A DNA stretch of 64,000 nt, from IMG/VR virus record IMGVR_UViG_3300042331_000187; one strand, written 5' to 3'. This stretch comes from an uncultured virus (IMG/VR IMGVR_UViG_3300042331_000187) (lineage: Duplodnaviria > Heunggongvirae > Uroviricota > Caudoviricetes). Under the pieces are notes generated by a model, which made no database searches, was not told where the DNA came from, and saw nothing but the letters and a program-made list of their open reading frames with translations. This document shows positions 9,741-18,539 of this stretch, piece by piece; position 1 is the first letter of the stretch; every line of letters starts with the position of its first letter. The translations under genes and the position numbers were made by a program.

Positions 9741-9964
9741 GGTGTGGATCTCCGAGACAGGATTTCAATCGAGCTGGCGTCAGGGTGTCGCCGTTCGGCG
9801 AACTGGTACGCCTGTTGTTTGCAGGTGGCGCGAATGGTGCAGCGCATCGGCCGGCAGCCGGGCCAGTGGATTTGCACCGGCCAGAACTTGGCGCCCGGCT
9901 CGCTGGTCCGGGTGATGCCCTCGCCAGCGGACTGGCAGGCGTCGTCGTCGGGGAGGAAGGTCAT
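9731..9964 (-). CDS. Hypothetical protein
   Basis: ATGA coupling. Confidence 0.55.
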   Translation of the reverse strand: MTFLPDDDACQSAGEGITRTSEPGAKFWPVQIHWPGCRPMRCTIRATCKQQAYQFAERRHPDASSIEILSRRSTPWL

Positions 9965-10503
9965 TGCTGGGCCTCCAGTTCGGCGAGGCGGCTGCTGAGT
10001 TCGTACCGGTATCTAAGGTCGTTTACCTCTTGCTGGTTCTGCTTTATCCGACCCCGTAGCACCCTCAATCGAGACTCAATGTCATCAGCGCATTGCACTA
10101 TGCCATCCCAGTCATGGGAGTCTGCCGCCTGATCGCCTTCGGCGATGCGGCTGCTGAGTTCGCAAAGGTCGTTTACCTCTTGCTGGTCCTGCGCCATCCG
10201 ACCCAGTAGCAACCTCAATCGAGGCTCAATGTCGTCAGCGCATCGCACTATGCCATCCCAGTCAGAAGAGGTGCTGTTGTGCTGGGCCTCCAGTTCGCGG
10301 GTGGAGAATTGGGCGACAACTGCAGCACCACGGCCGCTTGCATGATTAACACAAACTTGACGCGCTTGCCTAATGCTTATGTTAGTGTTTACGCCATTAC
10401 ATTGCCACCAAAACGGAGACCACCACGGGCGAAACTGCGCCTCGTAGCCGAGGTGGGAATCCCGCACCACGCGGTAACGGGTCGGGGGGAATCTGAGTTT
10501 CAT
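9961..10503 (-). CDS. Hypothetical protein with an internal duplication
   Basis: Two copies of DWDGIVxCADDIExRLRxLxGR...QQEVNDL. Confidence 0.7.
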   Translation of the reverse strand: MKLRFPPTRYRVVRDSHLGYEAQFRPWWSPFWWQCNGVNTNISIRQARQVCVNHASGRGAAVVAQFSTRELEAQHNSTSSDWDGIVRCADDIEPRLRLLLGRMAQDQQEVNDLCELSSRIAEGDQAADSHDWDGIVQCADDIESRLRVLRGRIKQNQQEVNDLRYRYELSSRLAELEAQQ

Positions 10504-10838
10504 TGCTGGGCCTCCAGTTCGGCGAGACGGGTGAGGGCGGCGAACATTGCGTCGTAGTGGCGCTGCTCAGTGCAGGGTGTTGACCGCAGCGCTTCCAGCC
10601 CCTGCTCTGCCAGCGTCGGCGGCTTGGGGCGGCGAGTGGCGCGGAGTCCGTCAGCAGCAAGGCGGGAATATCCTCTGGCTTCTACCCACTCACAGCACGC
10701 CTCTAGTTCCTGATCCGCGCCCCACTGGGCGGCGCGGTCGGCGACATGCGCAGGCCAATATTCAGACCTGGCCTCAACGGCTTCTTCCCACCACTGGCTC
10801 ACTAGATCTTCTGACACCTTCACAGGATGATCAGCCAC
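10500..10838 (-). CDS. Hypothetical protein
   Basis: GTG start after GGAGG; AAQWGADQELEACCEW. Confidence 0.65.
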   Translation of the reverse strand: MADHPVKVSEDLVSQWWEEAVEARSEYWPAHVADRAAQWGADQELEACCEWVEARGYSRLAADGLRATRRPKPPTLAEQGLEALRSTPCTEQRHYDAMFAALTRLAELEAQQ

Positions 10839-11011
10839 GGCGCACCTCCTGAGCCTGAATCCCCACCTCCTGCACCAGCACCACGGCGCCAGCCACCATG
10901 CCCAACAGGGCCAGCGCGGCGGCAATCACGGCTCGGCGACCGGCAGCGGCCTGGGCAGCAGCCTGAGCGCGGCGGGCCTGGCCCTGACGGAGCTGAGCAG
11001 CCAGGCGGTGA

Positions 11012-11194
11012 TCAGATGGAGCATGGGGCCTCCGTGATTTCGATGATTTCGGCGCCGGGGAACTGAGCGTAGAAGGCCTCTCGAACGGCAGTACGACTCC
11101 ACCCCTTGGGGCAGGTCCATTCAAGTTTGTGGATCGTGTCATCAGTGAGTCTCCGGTAGGTAATTCTGTGGGTGATTCCGGTGAGTGTGGACAT
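11012..11194 (-). CDS. Hypothetical protein
   Basis: Fits operon spacing. Confidence 0.55.
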   Translation of the reverse strand: MSTLTGITHRITYRRLTDDTIHKLEWTCPKGWSRTAVREAFYAQFPGAEIIEITEAPCSI

Positions 11195-11197
11195 GGT

Positions 11198-11494
11198 TTA
11201 GAAAGCATCATTGGCGGCGAGGATATGCAAGCGGATGGCTTCCAGCTCGGCGACCAGATCGACCGTCAGATCCTTTGGCACGGCCTGCCCTGAGTCCCAG
11301 GCGTTGTCGTTGATGGCGGTGGCCGTGACCTTTGCCGCATCGATCAGCCCCACCAATAGGGGCATGAGGGGGCGGTTGCGCTCGCCGCAGTCGGGGAGGC
11401 GGATCAGCTGCTGCGGGTTAGTTGGCAGCGCCTGGCGGGCGGCCTGAAGGATCAGGTCGGAGAGGGCGCCGGGGCATTCCAGGGGGGTGCTCAT
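11198..11494 (-). CDS. Hypothetical protein
   Basis: ATGA coupling to the upstream gene. Confidence 0.6.
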   Translation of the reverse strand: MSTPLECPGALSDLILQAARQALPTNPQQLIRLPDCGERNRPLMPLLVGLIDAAKVTATAINDNAWDSGQAVPKDLTVDLVAELEAIRLHILAANDAF

Positions 11495-12099
11495 TTGATA
11501 CTCCAGCTCCGTCGCTCCATCAGGAAGCAGCCGGGCACGGTCCCCACCACGGCGGCTGCGTAGGCCTTGGCCTTGGCCTCTTCATCCGGCGCAGCCTTCA
11601 CCGCTGCGACCAAAGCGGTCTTGATTGCGTCCTTGATCGCGGTCTTGTCGGCCTCGATCTTGATCCGCTGGAACATCTCCGGCAGGTCCTCCGGCTCGCA
11701 GTCCACCACCACAACCGTGGTTTTCCGGCTGGCCAGCTTGTGCTCAGGCAGCTGGTAGGAGGTCTCATCAGGGATGGCCTTCTGCAGCGCCTGGACCAAC
11801 CGATCCTGCAGCGCATCCGCCTGCTGCTCATCAGCAGCGGCCAGCTCTGCCAGCGCCTGAGCGCGAGCCTTGCGGGCAGCGTGCCGGGCCCTGAGCGAGT
11901 CAATCACCCAGCACCAGGCGTCGGCCTTGGAGAGGATGGCCTGTTTGTTGTCGGCCTCGGCCGAGATCAGGCCTTCCAGCGTGGCAGTGGCCGCGGCCAC
12001 CACTGCGGGGTCATCAGAGAACAGATCGGCGGCGGCCTCGTCGATCTGGTTTTGGAGCCTGAGAGCGTCGCCGGTTAGGGCGTAGAGGGTGGTGGTCAT
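11491..12099 (-). CDS. Siphovirus Gp157-like protein
   Basis: MTTTLYALT start, KADAWCWVI, coiled coil, EDLPEMFQRIKIEADKTAIKDAIK, VPGCFL. Confidence 0.8.
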   Translation of the reverse strand: MTTTLYALTGDALRLQNQIDEAAADLFSDDPAVVAAATATLEGLISAEADNKQAILSKADAWCWVIDSLRARHAARKARAQALAELAAADEQQADALQDRLVQALQKAIPDETSYQLPEHKLASRKTTVVVVDCEPEDLPEMFQRIKIEADKTAIKDAIKTALVAAVKAAPDEEAKAKAYAAAVVGTVPGCFLMERRSWSIK

Positions 12100-12101
12100 G
12101 G

Positions 12102-12410
12102 TCAATTCCCCAGGTAGTAGCGGACGGATGGCTGCATTAGCGCCTTCTTGAACGCCTCCAGCTCCGCCACCCGCCGCTCCAGCGCGGTGACGCGCTGACG
12201 AAACGTCAGCAAGGGCTCGGTGGGGATGGGGTTGGCGGGCGGCTTCCAGCAGCTGGTGTGCTGCCACGGAACGGCATCGCCCACGTAGCTCCAGTGGACT
12301 AGCAGGTAATCATCAGGGTCCGCGTGCGGGGCTGGAACCATCCGCACATCCCCGTCACAATCCCCATCCGCCTCTGTCGGCAGACGGTCTGTGATCCATT
12401 CCTGTGGCAT
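12102..12410 (-). CDS. Hypothetical protein
   Basis: MPQEWITDRLPTEADGD. Confidence 0.6.
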   Translation of the reverse strand: MPQEWITDRLPTEADGDCDGDVRMVPAPHADPDDYLLVHWSYVGDAVPWQHTSCWKPPANPIPTEPLLTFRQRVTALERRVAELEAFKKALMQPSVRYYLGN

Positions 12411-12500
12411 GGCGTAGCGAGTGGTGAACGCCCACACACCATACCGGATCGGAACCCCTTTCGCACCCTATGATGGGGGCAAATCGTCACACTCGACCCG

Positions 12501-13559
12501 GTGCCAGCCAGCTCCAACCAGTCCTGGTGGCTCGACTCGATCGGGCGCATACCCCTGCTCACGCCAGCCGAGGAAATCGAACTCGGCACGGCCATCCAGC
12601 AATGGCAGACCCATCCCGGCGAGTGCCCGCCAGGCATCCGGCGCCGGGGCATGCGGGCGCGGGATCGCTTCGTCTCAGCGAATCTGCGGCTGGTGGTGGC
12701 GTACATCTCCCGCCGCAGCCGCCTGTTCGCCGGGCAGGATCGCGAGGATCTGATCCAGGCCGGGAACATGGCCTTGCTGACGGCAGCAGAGCGGTTCGAT
12801 CCCGCTAAGGGCTACAGATTCAGCACGTATGCCTGGTGGTGGATCCGGCAGGGGGTGAACCGGCACATTGACCAGTACAGCAGGGCGATCGCCATCCCCG
12901 GCAGCCACTGCCAGCATCTAGCGAAGCTGCAGGCCATCACCAGCCGGCTGGAGCTGGAGCTAAACCGCACGCCAACGCAGGCGGAGATCGCCGCAGAGCT
13001 GGGCGTCAGCGTGAAGGTGCTGGAGCAGGTGGTTGAGAACGGCCGATCGGTCGCCAGCCTTGACCAGGTGGTGACGGATGACGGGCTAGAGCTGGGCAGC
13101 CTGTGCGCCACCTACGACCGCACGCCAGAGGATGAAGAGGAGCAGCGCGAACGCTGGCGCCAGGCGGAGCAGCTGCGTGGCCTGATCGCCAGGTTGGCGC
13201 CGCAGGATCGCAGGTTGTTGTCCCTGGCCTGGGGCCTCGACGGGGTGGAGGTGCCGCGGCCTGAGCTGGCCCAGCAGGAAGGCCTGAGCACACGGGCTTT
13301 GGAGGTGCGACTGGAGCGGCTGCAGGCGGCACTGGCGTCGCAGTCGGTGCAGCTGGTTCTGGTGGCGGTGGAACGGGGGACGGTGGAGCCGAAGGATCGG
13401 AGCAGGCGGCGCCGCGAGCGGCCTGATCAGCTGGTGCTGGTGCCGATTGAAAGGGTGAAGCCCACGTCCCCGGCGCTGCGCAGGGTTGGGGGATTTCCTC
13501 GGAACTGGGTCTGCCTCGGCGATCGGCTGCGGATCGCTGCTGCTGGGGGGAGTTGGTGA
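12501..13559 (+). CDS. RNA polymerase sigma factor, RpoD/group-2-like
   Basis: IGRIPLLTPAEEIELG, ANLRLVV, EDLIQAGNxxL, ERFDPAKGYRFSTYAWWWIRQG, PTQAEIAAELG. Confidence 0.93.
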   Translation: MPASSNQSWWLDSIGRIPLLTPAEEIELGTAIQQWQTHPGECPPGIRRRGMRARDRFVSANLRLVVAYISRRSRLFAGQDREDLIQAGNMALLTAAERFDPAKGYRFSTYAWWWIRQGVNRHIDQYSRAIAIPGSHCQHLAKLQAITSRLELELNRTPTQAEIAAELGVSVKVLEQVVENGRSVASLDQVVTDDGLELGSLCATYDRTPEDEEEQRERWRQAEQLRGLIARLAPQDRRLLSLAWGLDGVEVPRPELAQQEGLSTRALEVRLERLQAALASQSVQLVLVAVERGTVEPKDRSRRRRERPDQLVLVPIERVKPTSPALRRVGGFPRNWVCLGDRLRIAAAGGSW

Positions 13560-13633
13560 GCACCCAGGCAGGAATTGAACCTGCATCGCCCCGCAGCAGC
13601 GGAGCCGTCCTATCCGTTGGCTCGGACTGGGTG
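13554..13633 (-). ncRNA. Degenerate tRNA-like element
   Basis: Minus strand: acceptor CACCCAG/CTGGGTG, T-arm GCAGG-TTCAATT-CCTGC, D-like AGCCAACGGATAGG, 3' CTCACCA; non-canonical anticodon arm. Confidence 0.55.
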
Positions 13634-13661
13634 AATGAGTGACCCGCTTGGCGGGTGTTGA

Positions 13662-13934
13662 TCACGGCAGCCGCCTCCCCAGCTCCCGCGCCCACCGGTG
13701 ATGCTCACCCGTCGGCTCACCCAACGGCGGCGCCCCCTTCAGCGCAAGTTCCACCTGCAGGTTGGCCGCCTTGCGCTGCAGCTCCACGATCAGGTGCTGC
13801 TGCTGGTACCAGGCCTGGATCAGCTCATCGCAGCGCTCCGCCAGCTGGTCCCGGCTCATGTGCGCGGCGGCGCGGCGGTCGCGCTCCATCTCGAAGGAGC
13901 TCGACAGGCTGAGGGTGAGATCGAGGCCCAGCAT
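13662..13934 (-). CDS. Hypothetical coiled-coil protein
   Basis: LSLSSSFEMER...LIQAWYQQ. Confidence 0.65.
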   Translation of the reverse strand: MLGLDLTLSLSSSFEMERDRRAAAHMSRDQLAERCDELIQAWYQQQHLIVELQRKAANLQVELALKGAPPLGEPTGEHHRWARELGRRLP

Positions 13935-14134
13935 GTCCGCGCAGCAGTTGGTTCAGTCTGTGCAGCCACCTGTGCAGCCCCCGCCCTACATCACCGTGGA
14001 GCGTGACGCCCGTGGCGGCGCCTGCTGGGTTGTGGTTGGCCTGGGCAAGCGGGTCAGGTGCTACTCAGGGGAGCGAGCCATCGCGGTGCTAAGGATGATG
14101 CTCGCCAGCCGCGGGATCCCGACGCCCTAGGCGC

Positions 14135-15286
14135 TCACTCGGTGAAGATCGGGAACGATCCGGCAAATCCCTTGTGGCTGTGCAGGAACCGCATCCCCTG
14201 CTGTGGCCGCTCGATTCGGTAGCCGCTCTGTAGCCCGTACGGTGCGCACCCCGGCAGGCTGCCGTTGCTCGTTGCCCTGGACCCAAACCCCAGCGTGTGG
14301 AAGTGGCCGTGGAAGGTGTGATCAGCCGGCACCGACTGGTCCAGGTTCTTGGCGTGTTTGTCCACGTTCCACAGCGGCCCCGCCGCCCCGCCGTTGTATT
14401 TCACCGAATCGCCATGGAAGAATCGCAAACGCTTGCCGTACACATCCAGATAGAGGCAGTCAGCATCAGCGATGAACCACTCCAGCCGCGACTCATCCCG
14501 GTAATGCCGGCGCATTGAGCAATACGCCAGATGCTCGTAGCTGTTCTCTGTTGCGTTGCTCTGCTGCTTCTTGGTGTTTCGCCCGTGGTTGCCCACGTTG
14601 CAGGGGATCAGGATCCTCTCCAGGTCGGAATGCTGCAGCAGGTAGTCCAGCCCCCGCACGATCGCCCGTTCACACCTGACGATCTGCTGCGTGGTGGTCA
14701 GCGTCTGATTCTGCACCGCATCGCCGTGTAGCTCCCCTTCAATCAGATCGCCGCCCAGCCAGATCACCGCCTCGCGGATTGTTGCTGTGCTCCGCTGCCC
14801 GTTGATCACCTTCTGCGCATTGCGGAACACGGCATCTAGCCGGTCGTCAAAGATCTCGGGGTTGAACTCGTTGAGCCCGTTGACGGATGACGGCTTGACG
14901 ATCTGCCCGCAGTGCAGATCAGACAGCAGCAGGATTGGCACCGCCTCATCTTTCTGCGGATCCTCTGGCGGGGTGATGACGCCCTGATCAAAAATGTCCT
15001 TGATCTCAAGCGCCAGCGTCAGCGCATCCTGCACCGCCTCCAGCTTGGCCAGGGCGCGCTCTGCGCTGGCTTTGGCATCCCGCGTCTCTGCCCGCAGCCG
15101 GCGCGCTTCCAGCTGTAGCGCCAGCACATCATCGGCTGTATCGCTGCGCTTGCCGTTGGGGCAGCACCCCGGCTTGCATAAAGGCCGCCGCTGGCCTGAC
15201 TGTTCAACCCACTCAACCGACGATTCAGGAATCCAAGCCCTGCAAACCTTTGACCGGCGACACTGATAAGGGCGTTCGGTCGTCAT
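14135..15286 (-). CDS. Calcineurin-like metallophosphoesterase with N-terminal Cys-rich and coiled-coil region
   Basis: LSDLHCG, LGGDLIEG, GNHGR, FHGD, GHFH. Confidence 0.85.
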   Translation of the reverse strand: MTTERPYQCRRSKVCRAWIPESSVEWVEQSGQRRPLCKPGCCPNGKRSDTADDVLALQLEARRLRAETRDAKASAERALAKLEAVQDALTLALEIKDIFDQGVITPPEDPQKDEAVPILLLSDLHCGQIVKPSSVNGLNEFNPEIFDDRLDAVFRNAQKVINGQRSTATIREAVIWLGGDLIEGELHGDAVQNQTLTTTQQIVRCERAIVRGLDYLLQHSDLERILIPCNVGNHGRNTKKQQSNATENSYEHLAYCSMRRHYRDESRLEWFIADADCLYLDVYGKRLRFFHGDSVKYNGGAAGPLWNVDKHAKNLDQSVPADHTFHGHFHTLGFGSRATSNGSLPGCAPYGLQSGYRIERPQQGMRFLHSHKGFAGSFPIFTE

Positions 15287-15301
15287 CGCTTCAGATAGCT
15301 A

Positions 15302-15646
15302 TCACGACGGGGGAGACTGGGCTATGCCTTCAGTGTGCAGACCACCCCCTAGCCATCCATCAATCCTGCCCTCCCGCTCGATGCAGTGCCAGGCCTGGGC
15401 CCTGAACCACTCCCGCCAGTCGGTGGATGACTTGGCCCCGTTGCACCGGCGGCATGCCGGCACCAGGTTCTCAGCCACCGTCAGCCCGCCCCTGGAGCGC
15501 GGCAGCACGTGGTCGAGCGTGTCGGCTGGGTCGGCGCAGTATGCGCAGGCGTGGTCCCACTCGGCGAAGATCCTGCGCCTGAATCGGGCCTTGGTGGCTT
15601 TCTTGGGCTGTAGTTCGGTCTGGTCGATCTGGTGATCGAAGGGCAT
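15302..15646 (-). CDS. HNH endonuclease
   Basis: CAYC...TLDHVLPRSRGG...NLVPACRRCNGAKS. Confidence 0.92.
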   Translation of the reverse strand: MPFDHQIDQTELQPKKATKARFRRRIFAEWDHACAYCADPADTLDHVLPRSRGGLTVAENLVPACRRCNGAKSSTDWREWFRAQAWHCIEREGRIDGWLGGGLHTEGIAQSPPS

Positions 15647-16836
15647 CAGCGCTCAGCGATGACTGCCCATCCCGTATTCGCGCCTTCCACCATCCACCGC
15701 GAGCCGAAGTTTCGCCGGCTGTATCTGGCGAACCGGGCCACGCCGCCCAGGGTGGTGCCGTTTACTAGATCGGCTTCACCGAAGGGATCGTGAACGATCA
15801 GATCGTCCCGGTCGTAGCCCACCACGATCAGCCAGTGGCCGCCGCCGGATGGGGCCGACACCGGGCCGCGATGCAGGAACCCGCAGGGCACAGGCACGCC
15901 GCGGTTGATCTGCTGCTCCAGATCGGCGAACCCTGCCACCTTGGTGAACTTCGCCCGGATCCCAAAGCTCGACAGCGCCCGGATCTGCGCGGTCGGGTCG
16001 GTCGTGTCGCCGTACTGCTGGACTCGCTTGAGATACTGATCGTCGCCATTGGCGCCCTTGAGGGTGCCGGGTTTGAGGTACTGCAGCAGCATGGCATTGC
16101 TGGAGCTGAAACACATCCGGGCGGCTTGGGCGCGGTCGGCTGAATCCATCTGCGAGTACCAGGGCACCTGCAGCGGGTTGCCGTAGCCGGTCTGCTGCTG
16201 CAGCTGCTGCCCCACAAACAGCGCCACCTCTGCAGCCCGCCTGCGGGTCAGCCCGGGCAGCGGGTTGCCGTCCGCCTTGTTCCACCTGGGGAGCTCTGCC
16301 GCCACCACCTGCGCCGGATCCTCGCCCGCCAGGATGCGCCGCCGCAGGGTGCTGTCCTGCATCGCCCCCACTCCCACGTTGTAGGTCCACGACACCAGCG
16401 CGGCGGCCCTGTTCGGTGGCCAGCCAGCGACCGCAGGGATCGCCCGGGCGAGGGCGTCATAGAACCGTTGCAGATCGGCGTCCAGTTGCGCATCGGCCTG
16501 CGCCTGGGTGATGCTCTGACCCTCTCTCACCACCTTGCCGGCGATGGTGGTCGAGCCCCATCCCACGGTCCACACATTGGCCGGGCACAGGTAGGCCTTC
16601 AGGTGGCAGCCCTCGAACTCGCGCACGATCGTGCGGGCCGGTGCCAGCCAAACGGCCACGGGCGCCGGCGCTGCAGGGCTGCCCTGCGCCCGCCAGCCGT
16701 CCGTGAACTCCTGCATGATGTCCGGGTGATCCCTCAGGCGTTCATCCAGTCGGCCCAGGGCAGCCAGCTGGTGAGGGGTGATGGTGCCGGCGCGGGCGAG
16801 ATGCTCGGCGGCGCCGCGAACGGTGGCGTAAGTCAT
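15646..16836 (-). CDS. Endolysin: GH24 lysozyme plus C39-like peptidase domain
   Basis: FEGCHLKAYLCPANVWTVGWGST...LPGLTRRRAAE; VPWYSQ..CFSSS..GHW..HDP. Confidence 0.9.
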   Translation of the reverse strand: MTYATVRGAAEHLARAGTITPHQLAALGRLDERLRDHPDIMQEFTDGWRAQGSPAAPAPVAVWLAPARTIVREFEGCHLKAYLCPANVWTVGWGSTTIAGKVVREGQSITQAQADAQLDADLQRFYDALARAIPAVAGWPPNRAAALVSWTYNVGVGAMQDSTLRRRILAGEDPAQVVAAELPRWNKADGNPLPGLTRRRAAEVALFVGQQLQQQTGYGNPLQVPWYSQMDSADRAQAARMCFSSSNAMLLQYLKPGTLKGANGDDQYLKRVQQYGDTTDPTAQIRALSSFGIRAKFTKVAGFADLEQQINRGVPVPCGFLHRGPVSAPSGGGHWLIVVGYDRDDLIVHDPFGEADLVNGTTLGGVARFARYSRRNFGSRWMVEGANTGWAVIAER

Positions 16837-17711
16837 AGCAGGGAAGAAATGAAAGCGCGGTCAGGTGCGAGGCTGTCGATATTGGCCAGCATCGTGCCCT
16901 GGAACCCGTCCATCAGCCAGATGGGGCGGCCGGCCCTAGCTGCAGTCTGCAGGCCTGGCACGTTCGACCTGAGCGCCCAGGAGTGGTCCGTGTCGAGCAC
17001 CTGCGGCCCCTTGAACCCGGCGACCGGGGCAGTCCCGCCAGGCGCGAGCCAATCGGCACCGGTGCGGCGCATCCACTGCTGGCCGCCGGAGGGGTGCACG
17101 CCACGGGCATAGGAGACGCCCACGGGTGCATCGGTGAGCTTCTGCACCTGCTTGACCACCCAGCCCTGGAACCAGCCGGTGGAAGGCTTGGTCAGCTCGT
17201 TGCCGACCTCGTAGATCACGTTGTCGTAAGGCTCCAGGGTGCGCACCATCCGCTTGATGTGCGCCTTCTGGTACTGGTTCCAGGGCCCCTTCGTGTGCAC
17301 GTCGTGGTGCGTCGCTGGCCCCTTGCCGCGGAACGGGTGAAACTCCCAAGCACGGGGGAACAGATCGGGCAGCGAGCCCTCAAACAGCACTACGCCGGTC
17401 ACGATGTCCCGCCGGTCGGCCTGCGCAACGGCCTGCTCCATGCGTCGGTAGAACCGGCCGTTGAGGCTCAGATCCTTGCGCCACGGCCCACCCTTGACGC
17501 GGATCAGGCCAGGGTCGGCGCCAACGAACGGCGGGCGATTGTTGACGAAGGCCTTGGTCTCCACCGTCCACAACCGGGTGAAGTTCCCGGTGAGCTTGTC
17601 GATCGGCGTGCGGTTCCCGTTGATCTCCTGCACCACGTCCCATGTGTGATTGCCGGCCAACCGCCGGGCCTCGCCGTCGATCAGGAACCGGTCGCCTTTG
17701 ATGGTGATCAT
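16833..17711 (-). CDS. Glycoside hydrolase-like (TIM barrel) protein
   Basis: FYRRMEQAV..AD, YDNVIYEVGNE (clan GH-A-like NE motif). Confidence 0.6.
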   Translation of the reverse strand: MITIKGDRFLIDGEARRLAGNHTWDVVQEINGNRTPIDKLTGNFTRLWTVETKAFVNNRPPFVGADPGLIRVKGGPWRKDLSLNGRFYRRMEQAVAQADRRDIVTGVVLFEGSLPDLFPRAWEFHPFRGKGPATHHDVHTKGPWNQYQKAHIKRMVRTLEPYDNVIYEVGNELTKPSTGWFQGWVVKQVQKLTDAPVGVSYARGVHPSGGQQWMRRTGADWLAPGGTAPVAGFKGPQVLDTDHSWALRSNVPGLQTAARAGRPIWLMDGFQGTMLANIDSLAPDRAFISSLL

Positions 17712-17857
17712 TTCAGATCGGGCAGGCGGTCGCCGGTAGCCTTGTCAGCGCGGCGGTAGAGCCGGCGCCAGGCGGGCTTGACGACCAGCTCTGCAACGCC
17801 GGTGGTGAGGGTCCATACCGCCAGCCCCAGCAGCAGGTCAGCGTTCGGGTGAAGCAT
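17708..17857 (-). CDS. Small membrane protein (holin candidate)
   Basis: MLHPNADLLLGLAVWTLTTGVAELVVKPAWRR; within the lysis cassette. Confidence 0.5.
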   Translation of the reverse strand: MLHPNADLLLGLAVWTLTTGVAELVVKPAWRRLYRRADKATGDRLPDLK

Positions 17858-18090
17858 CATGCGTCAGGGTCGCCAGGGCGGCGGCTGCGTAGTTTCGGAT
17901 TGAGGGTGTCGTAGCCCAGCTTGAACGCCCCGGCGCTGGCGCCGCCCAGGCCCATAAACGGCAGCCCAGTGAGCCAGCAGCGCTCCACGTCGCCGCCAGC
18001 GCGGCGGCAGTCCACGATGTAGAGCATCCCTGCCAGCACCGACATGGTGGCGGCTGAGGTGATGCTGGCGATGACGGTGGAGCGGTTCAC
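17857..18090 (-). CDS. Small membrane protein (holin candidate)
   Basis: GTG start; two hydrophobic segments. Confidence 0.55.
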   Translation of the reverse strand: MNRSTVIASITSAATMSVLAGMLYIVDCRRAGGDVERCWLTGLPFMGLGGASAGAFKLGYDTLNPKLRSRRPGDPDA

Positions 18091-18350
18091 GGTCTTACCT
18101 GCGAAGGACTGGCGGATGGGAAGTGGATCCGCGGCGCTGCGGCCGAAACCACCAGCGGGATGATGATGCTGGCCACCAGCGCGATACCGGCCCACTTGGC
18201 CAAGCCCTGCTCTAGGGCATTGATCCTCCGGAATGCCTCGCCCAGGTCGGTGCGCTTTTCGCCGACGCTTGCGATCACGGCGTCCAGCTTGCCCTCCAGG
18301 GCGCCCAGTTTGTGGTAAATGTCCCCGTGTGAGACTTCGTGCTCGGCCAT
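18087..18350 (-). CDS. Coiled-coil plus TM protein (holin-like)
   Basis: LGALEGKLDAV...RINALEQ followed by a TM helix. Confidence 0.65.
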   Translation of the reverse strand: MAEHEVSHGDIYHKLGALEGKLDAVIASVGEKRTDLGEAFRRINALEQGLAKWAGIALVASIIIPLVVSAAAPRIHFPSASPSQVRP

Positions 18351-18539
18351 TACGCGGCGCGGATCTGCCTCAGTCTGCAGAGCTGGGCCTACCGATTCCG
18401 TGGGCAGGAGTCGTGGCGCTCGCAGCCTGTTTCAGCGCTGCATTTTCTTCCGTCAGAATCCGCACTTGCGCTTGCAGGTATGCGACCTGGACACCAAGAT
18501 CGCCAATGATTGCAGAAAGTTCTTTTGTTGGATCCATAA

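Noticed and set aside
9961..10263. Diversity-generating retroelement TR/VR pair
   Set aside because: Differences are not adenine-specific and no reverse transcriptase is present
13554..13633. Functional tRNA-Ser(GCT) or attP site
   Set aside because: Anticodon loop geometry is wrong, there is no long variable arm, and no integrase was found
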